A stretch of DNA of 64,000 nucleotides from an uncultured Candidatus Saccharibacteria bacterium (GCA_964464975.1 CAYXKV010000001.1:457-64456); one strand, 5' to 3'; shown: positions 1 through 9,508, counted from the first letter of the stretch. Notes: generated from the letters alone by a model not told the origin. Numbers and translations: made by a program.

Positions 1-2862
1 GATAAAGCAGAGAATAAAGATAACTACTATACGCTTGTAGAATTTCCTTATCCGTCCGGAAATCTACATATTGGGCACTGGTACGCCTTTGCCGTGCCGG
101 ATATTTTTGCCCGAATGAAGAGAATGCAGGGTTACAACGTCCTATTTCCAATAGGTTTCGACGCTTTCGGACTACCGGCTGAAAATGCCGCCATCAAGCA
201 CGGCCTTGATCCAAAAAAATGGACTTATGAAAACATCGCCCATATGGAGAAACAGCTCCAGAGCATGGGAAACTCTTTTGATTGGTCGCGCAAAGTAATT
301 ACCTCGGATCCAGAGTATTACAAGTGGACACAGTGGCTCTTCCTCAAGTTTTATGAAAAGGGGCTAGCATATAAAAAGAAGGCATCGGTCAACTGGTGCC
401 CCAAAGACCAGACTGTTCTCGCAAACGAGCAAGTGGTTAGCGGTAAATGCGAAAGGTGTGGCACTGAAGTAGTGCAAAAGGATCTTGATCAGTGGTTTTT
501 CAAAATCACTGATTATGCGGAGCGCTTGCTCTCTGGCCTTGATAGCCTGAAATGGCCGGAGGCAATAAAGGAAGCCCAGAGAAATTGGATAGGGCGTTCT
601 GAAGGAGCAGAGATCAGTTTTAAGCTGATTTCAAGTAGCGAGCATCAAGTGACGAGCATCAAGGTGTTTACGACGAGGGCGGATACTTTGTTTGGGGCGA
701 CATATCTTGTATTGGCGCCAGAACATGAAATAATCTCAGAACTAAAAAATCAAAACGCAAAACAACATCTTAAAATTCAAAATTGGGAAGAAATAGAAAA
801 ATATGTTAAGAGCGTGAGAAACAAGTCTGATATCGAGAGGATTTCAGACACCAGAGAAAAAAGCGGAGTTGAATTGATAGGAGTAAGAGCGATTAATCCA
901 GCAACAGGGGAAGAAATTCCTGTCTGGGTTGCAGACTATGTTTTAGCAAGCTACGGCACTGGGGCGGTCATGGCCGTACCATCCCATGACGAGCGCGACT
1001 TCGAGTTTGCAAAAAAATTTGATTTGCCTATAAAGCAGGTGATAGCTCCTCATATAATTGACCTTGATAACCCACCTAAAGAAGGGAAGAGGTGTGCCCC
1101 AAGGATAGTGGTCCAGGGAATTGTAAGGCATTGGGAAAAAGATGAGGTCATACAAATTGTTTGGAAAAAATTCCCATGGAAGACATTTGTCATAGGCGGA
1201 GCCGAAGAAGGGGAAGACCTTGTTGAGGCGGTAAAAAGGGAAGTCAGGGAAGAAACAGGTTACAAAAATTTTAAAAATGTAAGGCCCCTTTCATATGAAA
1301 TGAGATCTGAGTGGTATGCAAGCCATAAGGACGAAAACAGATACGCCCACATGAATATGTTTGAAGTAATTCTCGCAGATGGAGAAAAAGAAGAGATTGA
1401 TCAAGAGGAAAAAGAAAAGCATGAAGTGGCGTGGGTGCCTTTCGCTTCAATACCAAAGAGCTACGCTCACGTAGGGGAACTAAAAGATATTTGGGAAGGA
1501 CTCAACATAGAGGATTATCCGAGATGTTTTCAGGGAGACGGCATACTCATAAGTTCTGGAGAATTTAGTGAAATGAAATCGGAAGTAGCAAGAGAAAAAA
1601 TTGCGGAGAAGTTCGGAAAGAAAGCAGTCAAATATAAATTGAGGGATTGGCTCTTGAGCCGCCAGAGGTATTGGGGGTGTCCCATACCGATAGTGTACGA
1701 TCCCGAAGACAAACCGCACGCAGTGCCGGAGGATTATCTTCCGTGGCTTTTACCTCAAGATGTAAAAGATTTTGCACCCAAAGGGGAGTCGCCTATCGCA
1801 ACTTCGCTAGAGTTCAAAGAGAGGACAGAGAGAATTTTTGGAAATGGCTGGAAGCCGGAGTATGATACCATGGACACTTTCGTAGACTCCTCATGGTACT
1901 TCCTTCGATATTGCGATCCTCACAACAACAAAGTGCCCTTCGACAAGCTCAGGGCAGTAAACTGGATGCCGGTCAAGAGATATTCGGGCGGAGCGGAACA
2001 CACTACCATGCATCTTCTCTATTCCAGATTTTTTCACAAGGCTCTTTTCGACATAGGCCTTGTCAGTGAGCCGGAACCTTTTGCAGAGAGGATGAATCGC
2101 GGGCTTATTCTCGGCCCCGACGGGCATAAAATGAGTAAGAGCAAAGGCAACGTCATCGATCCGGATGAATGGGTGAGGAAAGTAGGGGCGGATACTGTGA
2201 GGACTTACCTTGCATTCATCGGACCTTTCAATGAGGTGGGGCAGTATCCGTGGGATTTGGGCGGAATTGCAGGTGTACGCAGATTCTTGGAAAAAATTTG
2301 GAGAATCAGCTTAGAGCTTGAAGCTAAAAGCTTAGAGGAAAAAACAAACGGAAAAAACCTCCAAGCTAGAAGCTCCGAGCTAGAAGCTTTGTTGCACAAA
2401 ACAATAAAAAAAGTTACCGAAGATATTGAGACTTTTAAATTCAATACGGCAATTTCATCTATGATGATTTTCGTAAACGAACTTGAAAAAAATATTATAC
2501 CACACGAAAAAAGCCAAGGGTTCCCCTTGGCAATGGAGGAGATGGGGATGTTTTTGAGGATACTTGCACCTTTCGCTCCGCATATGACGGAAGAGATCTG
2601 GTCTAAAAATTTTGGATACAAAATTTCAATTCACCTTGAACCTTGGCCTGAGTATAACGCAACAAAGATTTTGGATGAAAAAATTACAATAGTTGTACAA
2701 GTGAACGGCAAAGTCAGAGCGAGCTTCAAGGCAGAAGTGGGAATTTCGGAAAAGGAGGCGCGTGAAGTCGCCCTTGAAATGCCAGAGGTCAGTAAGTGGC
2801 TAATTAAAGCCATAAAAAGGGTGATATTTGTGAAAGACAAGGTCATTAATTTTATAGTTTAG
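1..2862 (+). CDS. leuS: Leucyl-tRNA synthetase, 5'-truncated at the window edge, carrying an internal Nudix-domain insertion
   Basis: Frame 1 is open from nt 1. The HIGH motif (FPYPSGNLHIGHW) is at the window start. The editing domain (TTRADTLFGATYLVLAPEH, VMAVPSHDERDFEFA), KMSKS (HKMSKSKGN) and the zinc knuckle (CPKDQ...CERCG) are all present. Confidence 0.9.
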   Translation, partial: DKAENKDNYYTLVEFPYPSGNLHIGHWYAFAVPDIFARMKRMQGYNVLFPIGFDAFGLPAENAAIKHGLDPKKWTYENIAHMEKQLQSMGNSFDWSRKVITSDPEYYKWTQWLFLKFYEKGLAYKKKASVNWCPKDQTVLANEQVVSGKCERCGTEVVQKDLDQWFFKITDYAERLLSGLDSLKWPEAIKEAQRNWIGRSEGAEISFKLISSSEHQVTSIKVFTTRADTLFGATYLVLAPEHEIISELKNQNAKQHLKIQNWEEIEKYVKSVRNKSDIERISDTREKSGVELIGVRAINPATGEEIPVWVADYVLASYGTGAVMAVPSHDERDFEFAKKFDLPIKQVIAPHIIDLDNPPKEGKRCAPRIVVQGIVRHWEKDEVIQIVWKKFPWKTFVIGGAEEGEDLVEAVKREVREETGYKNFKNVRPLSYEMRSEWYASHKDENRYAHMNMFEVILADGEKEEIDQEEKEKHEVAWVPFASIPKSYAHVGELKDIWEGLNIEDYPRCFQGDGILISSGEFSEMKSEVAREKIAEKFGKKAVKYKLRDWLLSRQRYWGCPIPIVYDPEDKPHAVPEDYLPWLLPQDVKDFAPKGESPIATSLEFKERTERIFGNGWKPEYDTMDTFVDSSWYFLRYCDPHNNKVPFDKLRAVNWMPVKRYSGGAEHTTMHLLYSRFFHKALFDIGLVSEPEPFAERMNRGLILGPDGHKMSKSKGNVIDPDEWVRKVGADTVRTYLAFIGPFNEVGQYPWDLGGIAGVRRFLEKIWRISLELEAKSLEEKTNGKNLQARSSELEALLHKTIKKVTEDIETFKFNTAISSMMIFVNELEKNIIPHEKSQGFPLAMEEMGMFLRILAPFAPHMTEEIWSKNFGYKISIHLEPWPEYNATKILDEKITIVVQVNGKVRASFKAEVGISEKEAREVALEMPEVSKWLIKAIKRVIFVKDKVINFIV

Positions 2863-2890
2863 TTTGTGGTATAATTTTTGTTTGACAAAA
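2863..2890 (+). promoter_or_regulatory. Putative sigma70-type promoter: extended -10 TGgTATAAT at 2866-2874, with a TTGACA also at 2883-2888
   Basis: Direct sequence read upstream of the CDS at 2963. Confidence 0.3.
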
Positions 2891-2962
2891 CATAGGCTTG
2901 TGATATTGTAAACGTGCAAAATAGTTATATTTCGTTTGTAAAAAATTAACAATAATAAAAAT

Positions 2963-4018
2963 ATGAAAAAAGAAAACTCGAAAAACATGACATTCAGCCT
3001 CTCTTTTAGCCCCAAGCAGGTGGTTAAAAAACTTCTTTCTTCGCTACCAGCGCGCGCGCAGGACGTAGTGGTAGGGCGCTTTGGCCTTAATCCTAACGGT
3101 GAAGAAATGACCTTAGAGGCCATTGGTAAAAAATACGGCATTACCCGCGAAAGAGTTCGACAGATAGAAAATTATGCGATCAATCATATTCGCAAATCTC
3201 ATAATTACGAAAAGGAAAAGGCTGTTTTTGAGGAACTTAAAAACGTGATCAGGAAAATGGGCGCCGTCGTGTCCGAAGAAGATTTGCTTGATTATCTCGG
3301 CAAAGACATAAGCACCCGCAAATCGGTTTACTTCTTGCTTGTTGTGGGGGACGATTTTAACAAGCTCAAAGAAGATGTCGAGTTCAAGCACCGATGGCAT
3401 ATAGATAAGGAGCTCGTGGAGAGGATCCACGACGCTTTGAGGAAGCTTTATCAAAATCTTGGAAACGACGAGATCATTCCCGAGTCGGAAATGGTGTCCT
3501 CGTTCCTAAACCACATCAAAGATCTTTCTGATGATTACAAAAATGACGAGATCGTTACGCGATGGCTCTCAATTTCAAAAAATATTTCCAAAAACCCTCT
3601 CGGCGAGTGGGGCAAGACCGAGTCCTCAAATATTAAAACCAAAGGAGTCAGAGATTACGCATACCTTATATTGCATAGACACGGGTCGCCGATACACTTT
3701 CGCGAGGTAGCCAAGCTAATAAGTGACGTCTTCAAGAAAAAGGCCCACGTAGCCACCACCCACAACGAGCTTATCAAGGATCCGCGCTTCGTACTCGTTG
3801 GGAGAGGACTTTATGCACTCAAGGAATGGGGTTATGAGACCGGAGTAGTGCGCGATGTAATAAAAAACATCCTAAAAAAGCACGGCCCTCTTTCCAAAGA
3901 GGATGTCCTTGAGAAAGTTTTGAAAGAGAGGTATGTGAAGCCAAACACGGTCATGGTAAATCTCCAGAACCCCAAGCACTTCAAGAGAAACAAACAAGGC
4001 TTATACACTGTGGTCTAA
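2963..4018 (+). CDS. DNA-binding protein with an N-terminal sigma70 region-4 HTH and a C-terminal HARE-HTH domain
   Basis: The N-terminus (ARAQDVVVGRFGL...TLEAIGKKYGITRERVRQIENYAINHIRK) matches a sigma-70 region 4 HTH. The C-terminus (RDYAYLILHRHGSPIHFREVAKLI...RFVLVGRGLYALKEW) matches the HARE-HTH signature RFVRVGRGLYGLxEW. Confidence 0.6.
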   Translation: MKKENSKNMTFSLSFSPKQVVKKLLSSLPARAQDVVVGRFGLNPNGEEMTLEAIGKKYGITRERVRQIENYAINHIRKSHNYEKEKAVFEELKNVIRKMGAVVSEEDLLDYLGKDISTRKSVYFLLVVGDDFNKLKEDVEFKHRWHIDKELVERIHDALRKLYQNLGNDEIIPESEMVSSFLNHIKDLSDDYKNDEIVTRWLSISKNISKNPLGEWGKTESSNIKTKGVRDYAYLILHRHGSPIHFREVAKLISDVFKKKAHVATTHNELIKDPRFVLVGRGLYALKEWGYETGVVRDVIKNILKKHGPLSKEDVLEKVLKERYVKPNTVMVNLQNPKHFKRNKQGLYTVV

Positions 4019-4042
4019 ATCCTCCTGTGATATAATTGATAC

Positions 4043-5278
4043 ATGCTTGATTTTATTCCCGGCGAAATCTGGGACAGCTTCTGGCTTGCAGTCCGTTACA
4101 TCATCGTATATTTGCCCCTGTGGCTGCCCGTCGCATTTCTTTATGCGGCTTTTAATGCGTGGATAAATTACCGCCGCGAAGTCTTTTGGTCGAAGCAAAA
4201 TCCAGTTCTACTTGAAATAAAGCTACCGAGAGAAATCGCCAAATCGCCGGCGGCTATGGAGATAGTGCTGGGCGCTTTTTTCCAGACCGGCGGTGAAGGT
4301 ACCTGGATAGACAGGATCTGGAAAGGCCAGACAAGGGCGTGGTTTTCACTTGAGATCGTCTCCCAAGGAGGCAGGGTACGATTTTTCGTATGGACATGGA
4401 CCAAATTCAAAAACCTTATTGAGTCGCAGATTTACGCCCAGTACCCCGGGGTCGAGGTCTATGAAGCCGAGGATTATACCATTCCCGAATATTATCATCC
4501 GGAAAGGAAGGAGATCTGGGCTTGCCAATATGCCCTGACTCAGCCGGACCCGTATCCGATAAAGACATATATTGATTATGGGCTGGACAAGGACCCCAAG
4601 GAGGAATACAAGGTCGACCCTATGACTGCAACCATTGAGTTTCTGGGATCCATCACGGAAGGGCAAAATATATGGGTGCAGATACTGGTGCGGGCGCACA
4701 AGAAGAGGAGGTTTGCGGATATTTTCGGTGAAAAAGAGGATGTTTGGAAGGACGAAGCTAAAAAACAAAAGGATGAGATTATTGAGAAATTAAAAGTTAA
4801 AAAAGAAGAAGGTGGGTTTCCAAGAATTCCATCCAAAGGTGAAGCGGAGGTGATAGCGGCGCTTGAAAGAAGCATTACCAAATTGCCTTTTGACTGCACC
4901 ATCAGAGCCCTCTACATCACAGAGAAGGACAAGTTTAATTCGGCAAATATCGGCGGCATCACCGGAGCTTTCAAGCAGTACGGCTCGCTCAACTTAAACG
5001 GCTTCAGGCCTGCCGGATGGATGACCATCTTTGATTATCCGTGGCAGGAATGGTTCGGAGCGAAGGAGAAGCTCAAGCCGAAAGTTTTGGAGGAATACAA
5101 ATTAAGGAGGTTTTTCTTTTCTCCCTACAGAGGCAAAAAATTCTATTCCAAGCCGTTTGTTTTAAATACCGAAGAGCTTGCTACGATTTTCCACTTCCCC
5201 GGAGCAGTCGCTGCTACCCCGACTTTGGGAAGAGTGCCTTCCAAGAAATCCGAGGCTCCGGCAAACCTTCCAGTATAA
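4043..5278 (+). CDS. Hypothetical membrane protein with two N-terminal TM helices
   Basis: 411-aa ORF with good codon continuity. TGATATAAT lies 7 nt upstream of the ATG, suggesting a leaderless transcript. No recognisable family. Confidence 0.5.
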   Translation: MLDFIPGEIWDSFWLAVRYIIVYLPLWLPVAFLYAAFNAWINYRREVFWSKQNPVLLEIKLPREIAKSPAAMEIVLGAFFQTGGEGTWIDRIWKGQTRAWFSLEIVSQGGRVRFFVWTWTKFKNLIESQIYAQYPGVEVYEAEDYTIPEYYHPERKEIWACQYALTQPDPYPIKTYIDYGLDKDPKEEYKVDPMTATIEFLGSITEGQNIWVQILVRAHKKRRFADIFGEKEDVWKDEAKKQKDEIIEKLKVKKEEGGFPRIPSKGEAEVIAALERSITKLPFDCTIRALYITEKDKFNSANIGGITGAFKQYGSLNLNGFRPAGWMTIFDYPWQEWFGAKEKLKPKVLEEYKLRRFFFSPYRGKKFYSKPFVLNTEELATIFHFPGAVAATPTLGRVPSKKSEAPANLPV

Positions 5279-5282
5279 ACAT

Positions 5283-6374
5283 ATGATTGACAGACTTAGG
5301 CGATACATAGAGCGCTTTGTGGGGCTTCTGATGCGTAGCAAAATTGCGGAACGATTTGTCCCGAAGTATTCAAAACTAAATATTAGGCTTTTCGTAAACA
5401 AATCGCATTTTATAACCATCGATCTAGGCAGAGTGATTTCGATTTTACTTCCGATTATCTTTTTTTTGCTTCTGTTTTACGTGTCTATCTGGAAAGCTCC
5501 GAGTCCGTTCCCGGACCATGCGCTAGTAACGGTCGAGCGGGGCGAATCGCTCGGAAACATTGCGAAATCTTTTAAAGAGAAGAGAGTGGTCAAAAGCGAC
5601 CTTTGGCTTCGAGCCCTCATCATCCTCATGGGAGGAGAAAAAAAAGTCATTGCCGGGGATTATTATTTTCCCGAACCGAAAAATGTTTTTCGCGTCGCTT
5701 ACATGCTCCACAGCGGTAACTTTGGTCTGATACCGGAGAGATTTACCATTCCCGAAGGGCTTTCTTCTTACGAGATAGCCAAAATCCTAAAGGACAGGCT
5801 ACCCTCGTTTGATGAAGAAGCTTTCGTAAGCGAAGTTCAAAGTAGTAAGAGCGAAGGATATCTTTTCCCGGACACATACTTTTTTATGCCAAACATCAAA
5901 TCAAGCGACGTGATTCTCACTATGCGAGAGAATTTCGCCCGGCAGATCAAGACATATGAAGCCGATATAGAAAAATTTGGCAAGACTTTAGACGAAGTGG
6001 TCATCATGGCCTCCATAATCGAGGATGAAGCGAACGGCACTCTCGAATCAAAGCGCATCGTTTCCGGAATATTATGGAAGCGGCTGCGGCAGGATATGCC
6101 TCTTCAGGTTGACGCGCCATTCATCTACTACAACGGTAAAAATTCTTACACTTTAACAAAAAATGATCTGGGGGAGGATCATGAATACAACACCTATGTC
6201 CGCAAAGGGCTCCCCCCGACGGCTATCACCAATCCGAGCATTGATTCCATCCGAGCGGCCGTCGCCCCGACCAATAACGATTACCTATACTTCCTTTCCG
6301 ATAAGAAAGGCAACCTCTATTACGCGAGAACTTTCGAGGAACATAAACTGAACAGGGAGAGATACCTAAATTAG
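5283..6374 (+). CDS. mltG: Endolytic murein transglycosylase MltG/YceG family
   Basis: Single N-terminal TM followed by a YceG-like domain (GLPPTAITNPS, YLYFLSD, EEHKLNRERY). The start is placed at the ATG after the upstream stop rather than the ORF-track start at 5178. Confidence 0.8.
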   Translation: MIDRLRRYIERFVGLLMRSKIAERFVPKYSKLNIRLFVNKSHFITIDLGRVISILLPIIFFLLLFYVSIWKAPSPFPDHALVTVERGESLGNIAKSFKEKRVVKSDLWLRALIILMGGEKKVIAGDYYFPEPKNVFRVAYMLHSGNFGLIPERFTIPEGLSSYEIAKILKDRLPSFDEEAFVSEVQSSKSEGYLFPDTYFFMPNIKSSDVILTMRENFARQIKTYEADIEKFGKTLDEVVIMASIIEDEANGTLESKRIVSGILWKRLRQDMPLQVDAPFIYYNGKNSYTLTKNDLGEDHEYNTYVRKGLPPTAITNPSIDSIRAAVAPTNNDYLYFLSDKKGNLYYARTFEEHKLNRERYLN

Positions 6375-6506
6375 TTATAAAGTTATAAAGGCAAAAGTTT
6401 TTAAAGATAAGAAAAGACCGGACCAACGAGGATCCGGCTATGAGTGCCTGACTTACTCAGACTAGTTTTCTTGCAGAGATTTATTTTTTATAATAACCTG
6501 GGCTCT

Positions 6507-7760
6507 ATGAAAAGTCAAACGATAAAAAATCATGAATCTGGAATCTCAAGTCCCAAATCTAAACCTAGAGTCTTTGTCGGTCTTTCTGGGGGGGTGGATA
6601 GCGCGGTTAGTGCGGCGCTTTTGAAGAGGCAAGGTTTTGACGTGACCGGAGTTTTCATTAAGGCTTGGGATCCTGAAGGGGATACCCTTGCCCCGCGAAG
6701 CTTCAGCGGAGTGGGGTGCGGATGGCGCGAGAACAGGCGAAGCGCGATGAGGGTGGCGGCCATTTTGGACATACCTTTCATTACCCTCGATCTGGAGAAG
6801 GAATACAAAAAAGATGTGGTTGACTACATGATCGAAGAGTATAAAAAAGGAAACACCCCTAACCCGGACGTAATGTGCAACAAGGCAATCAAATTCGGGC
6901 ATTTCTTGAAGTTTGCTCTGGATAATGAGGCGGATTTCGTAGCTACGGGACACTACGCACAGAAAGCAGCCAGTAGCAAGCAGCCAGTAGCCAGGAGAGG
7001 AGGAAAAAAGAATCTTGATTCCTCGATGCTAGATACTAGCTACTGGCTACTAGAAGGAGCCGATAAAAACAAGGACCAATCGTACTTCCTCTGGACCTTA
7101 ACTCAAAGGGAGCTTCGTCACACTCTTTTTCCCGTCGGACATCTAAAAAAAGAAGAGGTGCGCAAGCTCGCAAAAAAATTCGGCTTGCCCCAAGCCGTCC
7201 GAAAAGACAGTCAAGGACTTTGTTTTTTAGGCAAAATAGATATGAAGGAATTCCTGAAGAAATATGTAAGTTCAAAAAAAGGGAGTGTGCTGGACGAAAA
7301 GGGAAATGTAATCGGTCGGCATGAAGGGGCAGTTCTCTATACCACGGGCGAGAGGCATGGATTTACAATTACTAAAAAGACGGAAAGCGACTCGGCCCTT
7401 TATGTAGTGGGCAAAAATGTAGAGAAAAACACCATAACGGTAGCAAGCAAACAGCAACTAGCATCAATGGAAGAAAGGAAAGAAACCGAAAAGCCCTTCC
7501 CCCTGACCCCCTCCCCAAAGGATAGGGGGATAGGAGGTGGGCCCGTCATATTTATCAAAAACATAAATTGGATTTCGGGCAAAACTCCCGACTTAGACAA
7601 AAAATACTCTTGTCGGCTAAGATACAGGCAGGAAAAAATTTCCTGCAAAATAAAATCAGAAAAAGAAATTGAGTTAGACTCTCCTGAGCTTGCTTCAAGC
7701 GGACAATCGCTTGTAATTTACGATGGCGAGACCTGTCTTGGAGGAGGAGTAATATCTTAA
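6507..7760 (+). CDS. mnmA: tRNA-specific 2-thiouridylase MnmA
   Basis: PP-loop VFVGLSGGVDSAVSAALL plus the conserved MnmA core. The C-terminus contains an unusual Pro/Gly-rich insert. Confidence 0.85.
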   Translation: MKSQTIKNHESGISSPKSKPRVFVGLSGGVDSAVSAALLKRQGFDVTGVFIKAWDPEGDTLAPRSFSGVGCGWRENRRSAMRVAAILDIPFITLDLEKEYKKDVVDYMIEEYKKGNTPNPDVMCNKAIKFGHFLKFALDNEADFVATGHYAQKAASSKQPVARRGGKKNLDSSMLDTSYWLLEGADKNKDQSYFLWTLTQRELRHTLFPVGHLKKEEVRKLAKKFGLPQAVRKDSQGLCFLGKIDMKEFLKKYVSSKKGSVLDEKGNVIGRHEGAVLYTTGERHGFTITKKTESDSALYVVGKNVEKNTITVASKQQLASMEERKETEKPFPLTPSPKDRGIGGGPVIFIKNINWISGKTPDLDKKYSCRLRYRQEKISCKIKSEKEIELDSPELASSGQSLVIYDGETCLGGGVIS

Positions 7761-7783
7761 GCGCCCCTGCTTTCGCGGGGCGC
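7761..7783 (+). terminator. GC hairpin gcgcccc-N9-ggggcgc after mnmA, with no T-run
   Basis: Inverted repeat immediately after the stop codon. Confidence 0.3.
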
Positions 7784-7911
7784 TCCATCACATCCTTCCC
7801 GCTGACAGCCGCGCAGAAATGATGAGTCTGATCGGTGCCAGAAAAAACAAGAGAATTTTGACTAACATGCTAGTTTGATTCAATCATAATTCGCTGATAC
7901 AATCAACTTTT

Positions 7912-8748
7912 ATGAGAGATGCCGTATATATTCTCAAAGCCACGGGAGAGAGGGAAGCTTTCGACTCCCAAAAGCTCTTTGATTCGCTTACGCGTTCAAG
8001 CGCAAGCGGGCCTGTTGCCGAAAAGATCGTAAGCCATATCGAATCGGAGCTCAAAGACGGCATGAGCACCAAGGAAATTTATAAGCACGCATTTGAGCTT
8101 CTTGACAGAGAGGAGAAACCGGCTGCGGCGAGATATTCTTTGAGGCGAGCCATCATGGATATGGGGCCGACCGGATTTCCGTTCGAGCAGCTTGTGGCGG
8201 AAATCTTTCGGGCAAGGGGGTTTGAGACCACCACTGAATTTATCGCCAGAGGGGAGTGCGCCGAGCACGAGATAGACATCACCGCATGGAATGAGAACAA
8301 GCTTGTTTTTGTAGAGGCCAAATTCCACAACGAACTGGGCCTCAAATCGGATCTCAAAGTAGTGTTATACATCAAGGCCCGATGGGACGACCTTTTGAGC
8401 ATGAAGTTTGAAGGCTTCGGAGAAAACAAGCGCTCTTTTGACGAAGGCTGGCTTGTTACCAATACCAAATTCTCGCAGGCAGCGATCGACTACGCCCTCT
8501 GCCGCAAGATGCGCCTTATAGGATGGAATTATCCGAGCAAGGATAATCTTCAGGATCTTATCATAGACGCGGGGCTTCACCCCATCACATGCCTCAATTC
8601 TTTGAGCCACAAGGAGAAGCAGACACTTATGGGTTTAGGGCTGATACTCTGTAAGCAAGCCAAGGAAAACCAAGATATCGTAGCTCAGGCAGTATCTCAA
8701 AATAAAATCATCCGCATGCTTGATGAAATCAATTTGATGCAGAAGTAG
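7912..8748 (+). CDS. ATP-cone domain protein fused to an Mrr-like (PD-(D/E)XK) restriction endonuclease domain
   Basis: N-terminal ATP-cone-like segment (VYILKATGEREAFDSQKLFDSL...). Then an Mrr_cat-like core (FEQLVAEIFRARGFE...EIDITAW...VFVEAKF). TGATACAAT sits 8 nt upstream of the ATG. Confidence 0.6.
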   Translation: MRDAVYILKATGEREAFDSQKLFDSLTRSSASGPVAEKIVSHIESELKDGMSTKEIYKHAFELLDREEKPAAARYSLRRAIMDMGPTGFPFEQLVAEIFRARGFETTTEFIARGECAEHEIDITAWNENKLVFVEAKFHNELGLKSDLKVVLYIKARWDDLLSMKFEGFGENKRSFDEGWLVTNTKFSQAAIDYALCRKMRLIGWNYPSKDNLQDLIIDAGLHPITCLNSLSHKEKQTLMGLGLILCKQAKENQDIVAQAVSQNKIIRMLDEINLMQK

Positions 8749-8749
8749 A

Positions 8750-9508
8750 ATGGCAAATTTTTACAGGAAAAAACTTTATGATCCGAATGCGGAGGAAGCA
8801 TTCAGAGTGAGCCGATCCAAGATCGATCTTTTTTTGGAATGTCCCAGATGCTTTTATCTTGACCGCAGGCTCGGAGTAGCCAGACCACAAGGATTTCCTT
8901 TCAACCTGAACAGCGCAGTCGACATTTTGCTCAAAAAAGAGTTTGACATCCACCGCAGACAGAAGACCCCTCACCCTCTCATGGATTCCTATGGAGTAGA
9001 TGCCGTACCTTTCGGGCATAAAATGATGGATACTTGGAGAGACACGTTCAAAGGAGTGGAGTATTTACATGAGCCTACTAATTTCGTAGTTTTCGGCGGA
9101 GTGGATGATGTCTGGCAGGACAGCAAGGACAATCTCATAGTTGTTGACTACAAAGCCACAAGCAAAGATGCAGAAGTGACTCTCGACGCGGAATGGCAGG
9201 ATGGCTACAAAAGGCAGATGGAGGTCTATCAGTGGCTTTTGCGCCGCAACGGTTTTAGCGTTTCGGACACCGGATACTTCGTGTATGCAAACGGTCGGCG
9301 CGACAGGGAAGCATTCGACGGCAAACTGGAGTTTGACGTTAAGCTTATTCCTTACACGGGCAAGGACAATTGGGTGGAAAAAACCTTGCATCAGATGAAG
9401 GAGTGTCTGGATTCTGATGAAATTCCTAAATCCTCCGCAAACTGCGAATACTGCAAATACATAAGAGAGGTAACTAAAACAAACTCCGCACATGAACACA
9501 AAAAGTGA
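8750..9508 (+). CDS. PD-(D/E)XK nuclease with Cas4-like Cys clusters
   Basis: N-terminal CPRC, a VVDYKATSK...EVYQWLL nuclease core, and a C-terminal CEYCKY. This is the layout of Cas4/DUF83-type Fe-S nucleases. Confidence 0.55.
   Translation: MANFYRKKLYDPNAEEAFRVSRSKIDLFLECPRCFYLDRRLGVARPQGFPFNLNSAVDILLKKEFDIHRRQKTPHPLMDSYGVDAVPFGHKMMDTWRDTFKGVEYLHEPTNFVVFGGVDDVWQDSKDNLIVVDYKATSKDAEVTLDAEWQDGYKRQMEVYQWLLRRNGFSVSDTGYFVYANGRRDREAFDGKLEFDVKLIPYTGKDNWVEKTLHQMKECLDSDEIPKSSANCEYCKYIREVTKTNSAHEHKK

Noticed and set aside
2320-2395. Direct-repeat-looking DNA (gaagctaaaagcttagagg ... gctagaagctccgagctagaagctt), checked as a possible tandem repeat or mini CRISPR-like array
   Set aside because: It is in-frame LeuS coding sequence for a low-complexity helical linker (LELEAKSLEE...SSELEALL). 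There are no regular repeat-spacer units.
943-2846. Multiple 60-140 aa antisense ORFs inside leuS (e.g. 943-1155, 2205-2621, 2631-2846)
   Set aside because: They fully overlap a strongly conserved LeuS reading frame on the opposite strand. They are low-complexity, with no recognisable domains.
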